From assembly GCA_965206645.1 (NCBI GenBank), contig CBDBKE010000004.1, positions 704,001-768,000 of the forward strand: a stretch of DNA of 64,000 nt, written 5' to 3'. Positions 62,531 through 64,000 of this stretch are shown one piece after another. A program made the position numbers and the translations under genes. The stretch's first letter is position 1, and the number at the start of each line of letters is the position of its first letter. The notes beneath the pieces were generated by a model that worked only from the letters and a program-made list of their open reading frames with translations, was not told the origin of the DNA and did not search any database. This DNA comes from Terriglobia bacterium (GTDB taxonomy: Bacteria; Acidobacteriota; Terriglobia; JAJPHL01; JAPKYU01).

Positions 62531-62772
62531 TCCGTGCCTCCTCTAACCAGGACTTCCGACCTGAGCTTCCTCTTCGCCCGAAGCCTACGGTAGCTGCCCT
62601 GCCGCATCAAGCTCGAATGCGCCAGCCTCTTTTGGAGGCGCCAGGGCCGTTTGGGGCCATTCAGCGGATTTGTCCGGTCCGTTTTCCCGCCTCCAACCTG
62701 CCTCGCTGCCAATGCTTTCTCAGGCGGCAGTAATTCTCTGAAACGGCAAAAGTTGCCTCAGATTCGGCAGAT

Positions 62773-62800
62773 AGGTCCCACTAGTCGGTTAGCGTTTACC
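62773..62800 (-). other. 28-bp putative recombination site, R form (copy F)
   Basis: Plus strand AGGTCCCACTA-GTCGGT-TAGCGTTTACC, preceded by TTGCCTCAGATTCGGCAGAT. Confidence 0.65.
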
Positions 62801-62889
62801 TATGCTGCCACGCAGCCCACATGGCCGTAAAACGCCCTTGCCGGAAACTGACCCACTACTCAAAATTAGGAAAGCGGTACCATGAGAGC

Positions 62890-63483
62890 ATGGCGCTCCC
62901 AGAGCGGGTGCGTGTGAAGCTGATGTCGGACGCAGCCGAGGACATCAGCATGACACGCGTGATGCAGCGCGACTTTCCCATGGCGGAGCTGCTGGAGGCG
63001 GTGGTGGCTGTGGGCGGCAAGAATCCCGAGCGCCTGCACCAAATCCTGCGGGCAGGCAGCATGGTGCTGGGCCAGTATCGCTACCGCTGGGAGCCACTAG
63101 AGGCTGACGCCACAGACCTGGCGCCGTTGCTGGCCCGCTTCCCCGACCCTGAGCCGGACCGGCCCTTTCAGGTTGAACGATGCGTCTATGCTACCGTCCA
63201 CGCAGGCGTAGAAACGATCGAACTGCGGCGCGAGCAGGTGGCCCGCCGCCGCTGGCTCCAGAAGAGAAGCTTTTGGGAAACACTCATGGAAGTGGCGGCA
63301 GCGCGCGCGCCGCGCTACCAGTCCTACTCCTACCGCAACCGCGCCGACGTCTACGCGTTCGAGCCCACGCAGGAGGATGTCGAGCGCCTGCGCGGAGCAG
63401 CGACCTTGCTGCACGCGCCCCGCACTGAAGAGCGCATCCGCATCTTGCCTCTAGAGAAGGTGACGCTGCTGGTCAACCGATAA
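62890..63483 (+). CDS. Hypothetical protein
   Basis: Long ORF with host-like codon usage (MALPERVRVKLMSDAAE...); no motif recognised. Confidence 0.7.
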   Translation: MALPERVRVKLMSDAAEDISMTRVMQRDFPMAELLEAVVAVGGKNPERLHQILRAGSMVLGQYRYRWEPLEADATDLAPLLARFPDPEPDRPFQVERCVYATVHAGVETIELRREQVARRRWLQKRSFWETLMEVAAARAPRYQSYSYRNRADVYAFEPTQEDVERLRGAATLLHAPRTEERIRILPLEKVTLLVNR

Positions 63484-63547
63484 GGCATGAGGCTTACGAC
63501 CTATAAGACTGAAGACTGGAGATTGAAAACCTGACCCCTGTCTTGTC

Positions 63548-64000
63548 ATGCCGGCCAATCTGACCCCTGAATACCTGGCAGCCGAACAGCGGTTCAAAGC
63601 GGCCAGGAGCATCCCGGAGAAAATTGAGGCGTTGGAGGAGATGCTGTCCGCCATCCCCAAGCACAAGGGGACGGAAAAGATGCAGGCCGACCTGAAACGG
63701 CGCCTCTCCAAGCTCCGGGGCGAGGCGCAGAAAAAGGGCGGCACAGCGCGAACGCTGCCGATTTACCACGTCGAGCGAGAGGGCGCCGGCCAGGTCGCCC
63801 TGGTCGGTGCGCCTAACGTAGGCAAGTCACAGCTGGTGCGCCGGCTGACCCACGCCCGGCCCGAGGTGGCTGATTACCCGTTCACCACGCGTCTGCCCAC
63901 CCCCGGCATGATGCCGTTTGAAAACGTGCAGTTCCAACTGGTGGACCTGCCTCCGGTGTCGGACCAGTTCATGGAGAGCTGGGTGCCTACGCTGGTGCGG
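63548..64000 (+). CDS. DRG/OBG-family GTPase (3' partial)
   Basis: MPANLTPEY...PKHKGTEK, GAPNVGKS (G1), YPFTT (G2), DLP (G3); runs off the window. Confidence 0.88.
   Translation, partial: MPANLTPEYLAAEQRFKAARSIPEKIEALEEMLSAIPKHKGTEKMQADLKRRLSKLRGEAQKKGGTARTLPIYHVEREGAGQVALVGAPNVGKSQLVRRLTHARPEVADYPFTTRLPTPGMMPFENVQFQLVDLPPVSDQFMESWVPTLVR

Noticed and set aside
54315-62800. The 28-bp sites as the chromosomal dif site or as integron attC/attI
   Set aside because: There are several copies and none has the TTATGTTAAAT XerD box. CTA-N6-TAG spacing differs from the attI core, and no long attC hairpin is present.

Overview
GC-rich bacterial chromosomal window, probably Acidobacteriota (inferred from two TIGR03437-type C-terminal domains, BshC, DUF1800/DUF1501 and DUF1552/DUF1592 pairs). 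It holds core genes (bshC, trkA, carA/carB, lepB, tRNA-Ser(GCT), ispG, ftsY, ribD, ribE, a DRG-like GTPase) interleaved with accessory DNA. The most unusual signal is six dispersed copies of a 28-bp site with 11+6+11 architecture (GGTAAACGCTA-N6-TAGTGGGGACC and its arm-swapped form). It is not a canonical dif sequence, and five of the copies delimit accessory modules: an SBBP-repeat protein, an aldo/keto reductase, and cytochrome P460 plus a globin. This suggests a pdif-like cassette system with no recombinase visible in the window. Other findings: an integrase-less integron cassette array (24158-25950); a REP-flanked RAYT transposase plus a GIY-YIG-like ORF between carA and carB; an IS1380 unit that carried the 5' end of a DNA cytosine methyltransferase into a two-domain cytochrome P460 gene (5-bp target duplication); an IS3 that truncates a subtilase; and an 18-bp x ~32 tandem array. 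Many 1-bp frameshifts and exact tandem duplications suggest an imperfectly polished assembly, so pseudogene calls are tentative. All calls are by eye from motifs; no searches were run.
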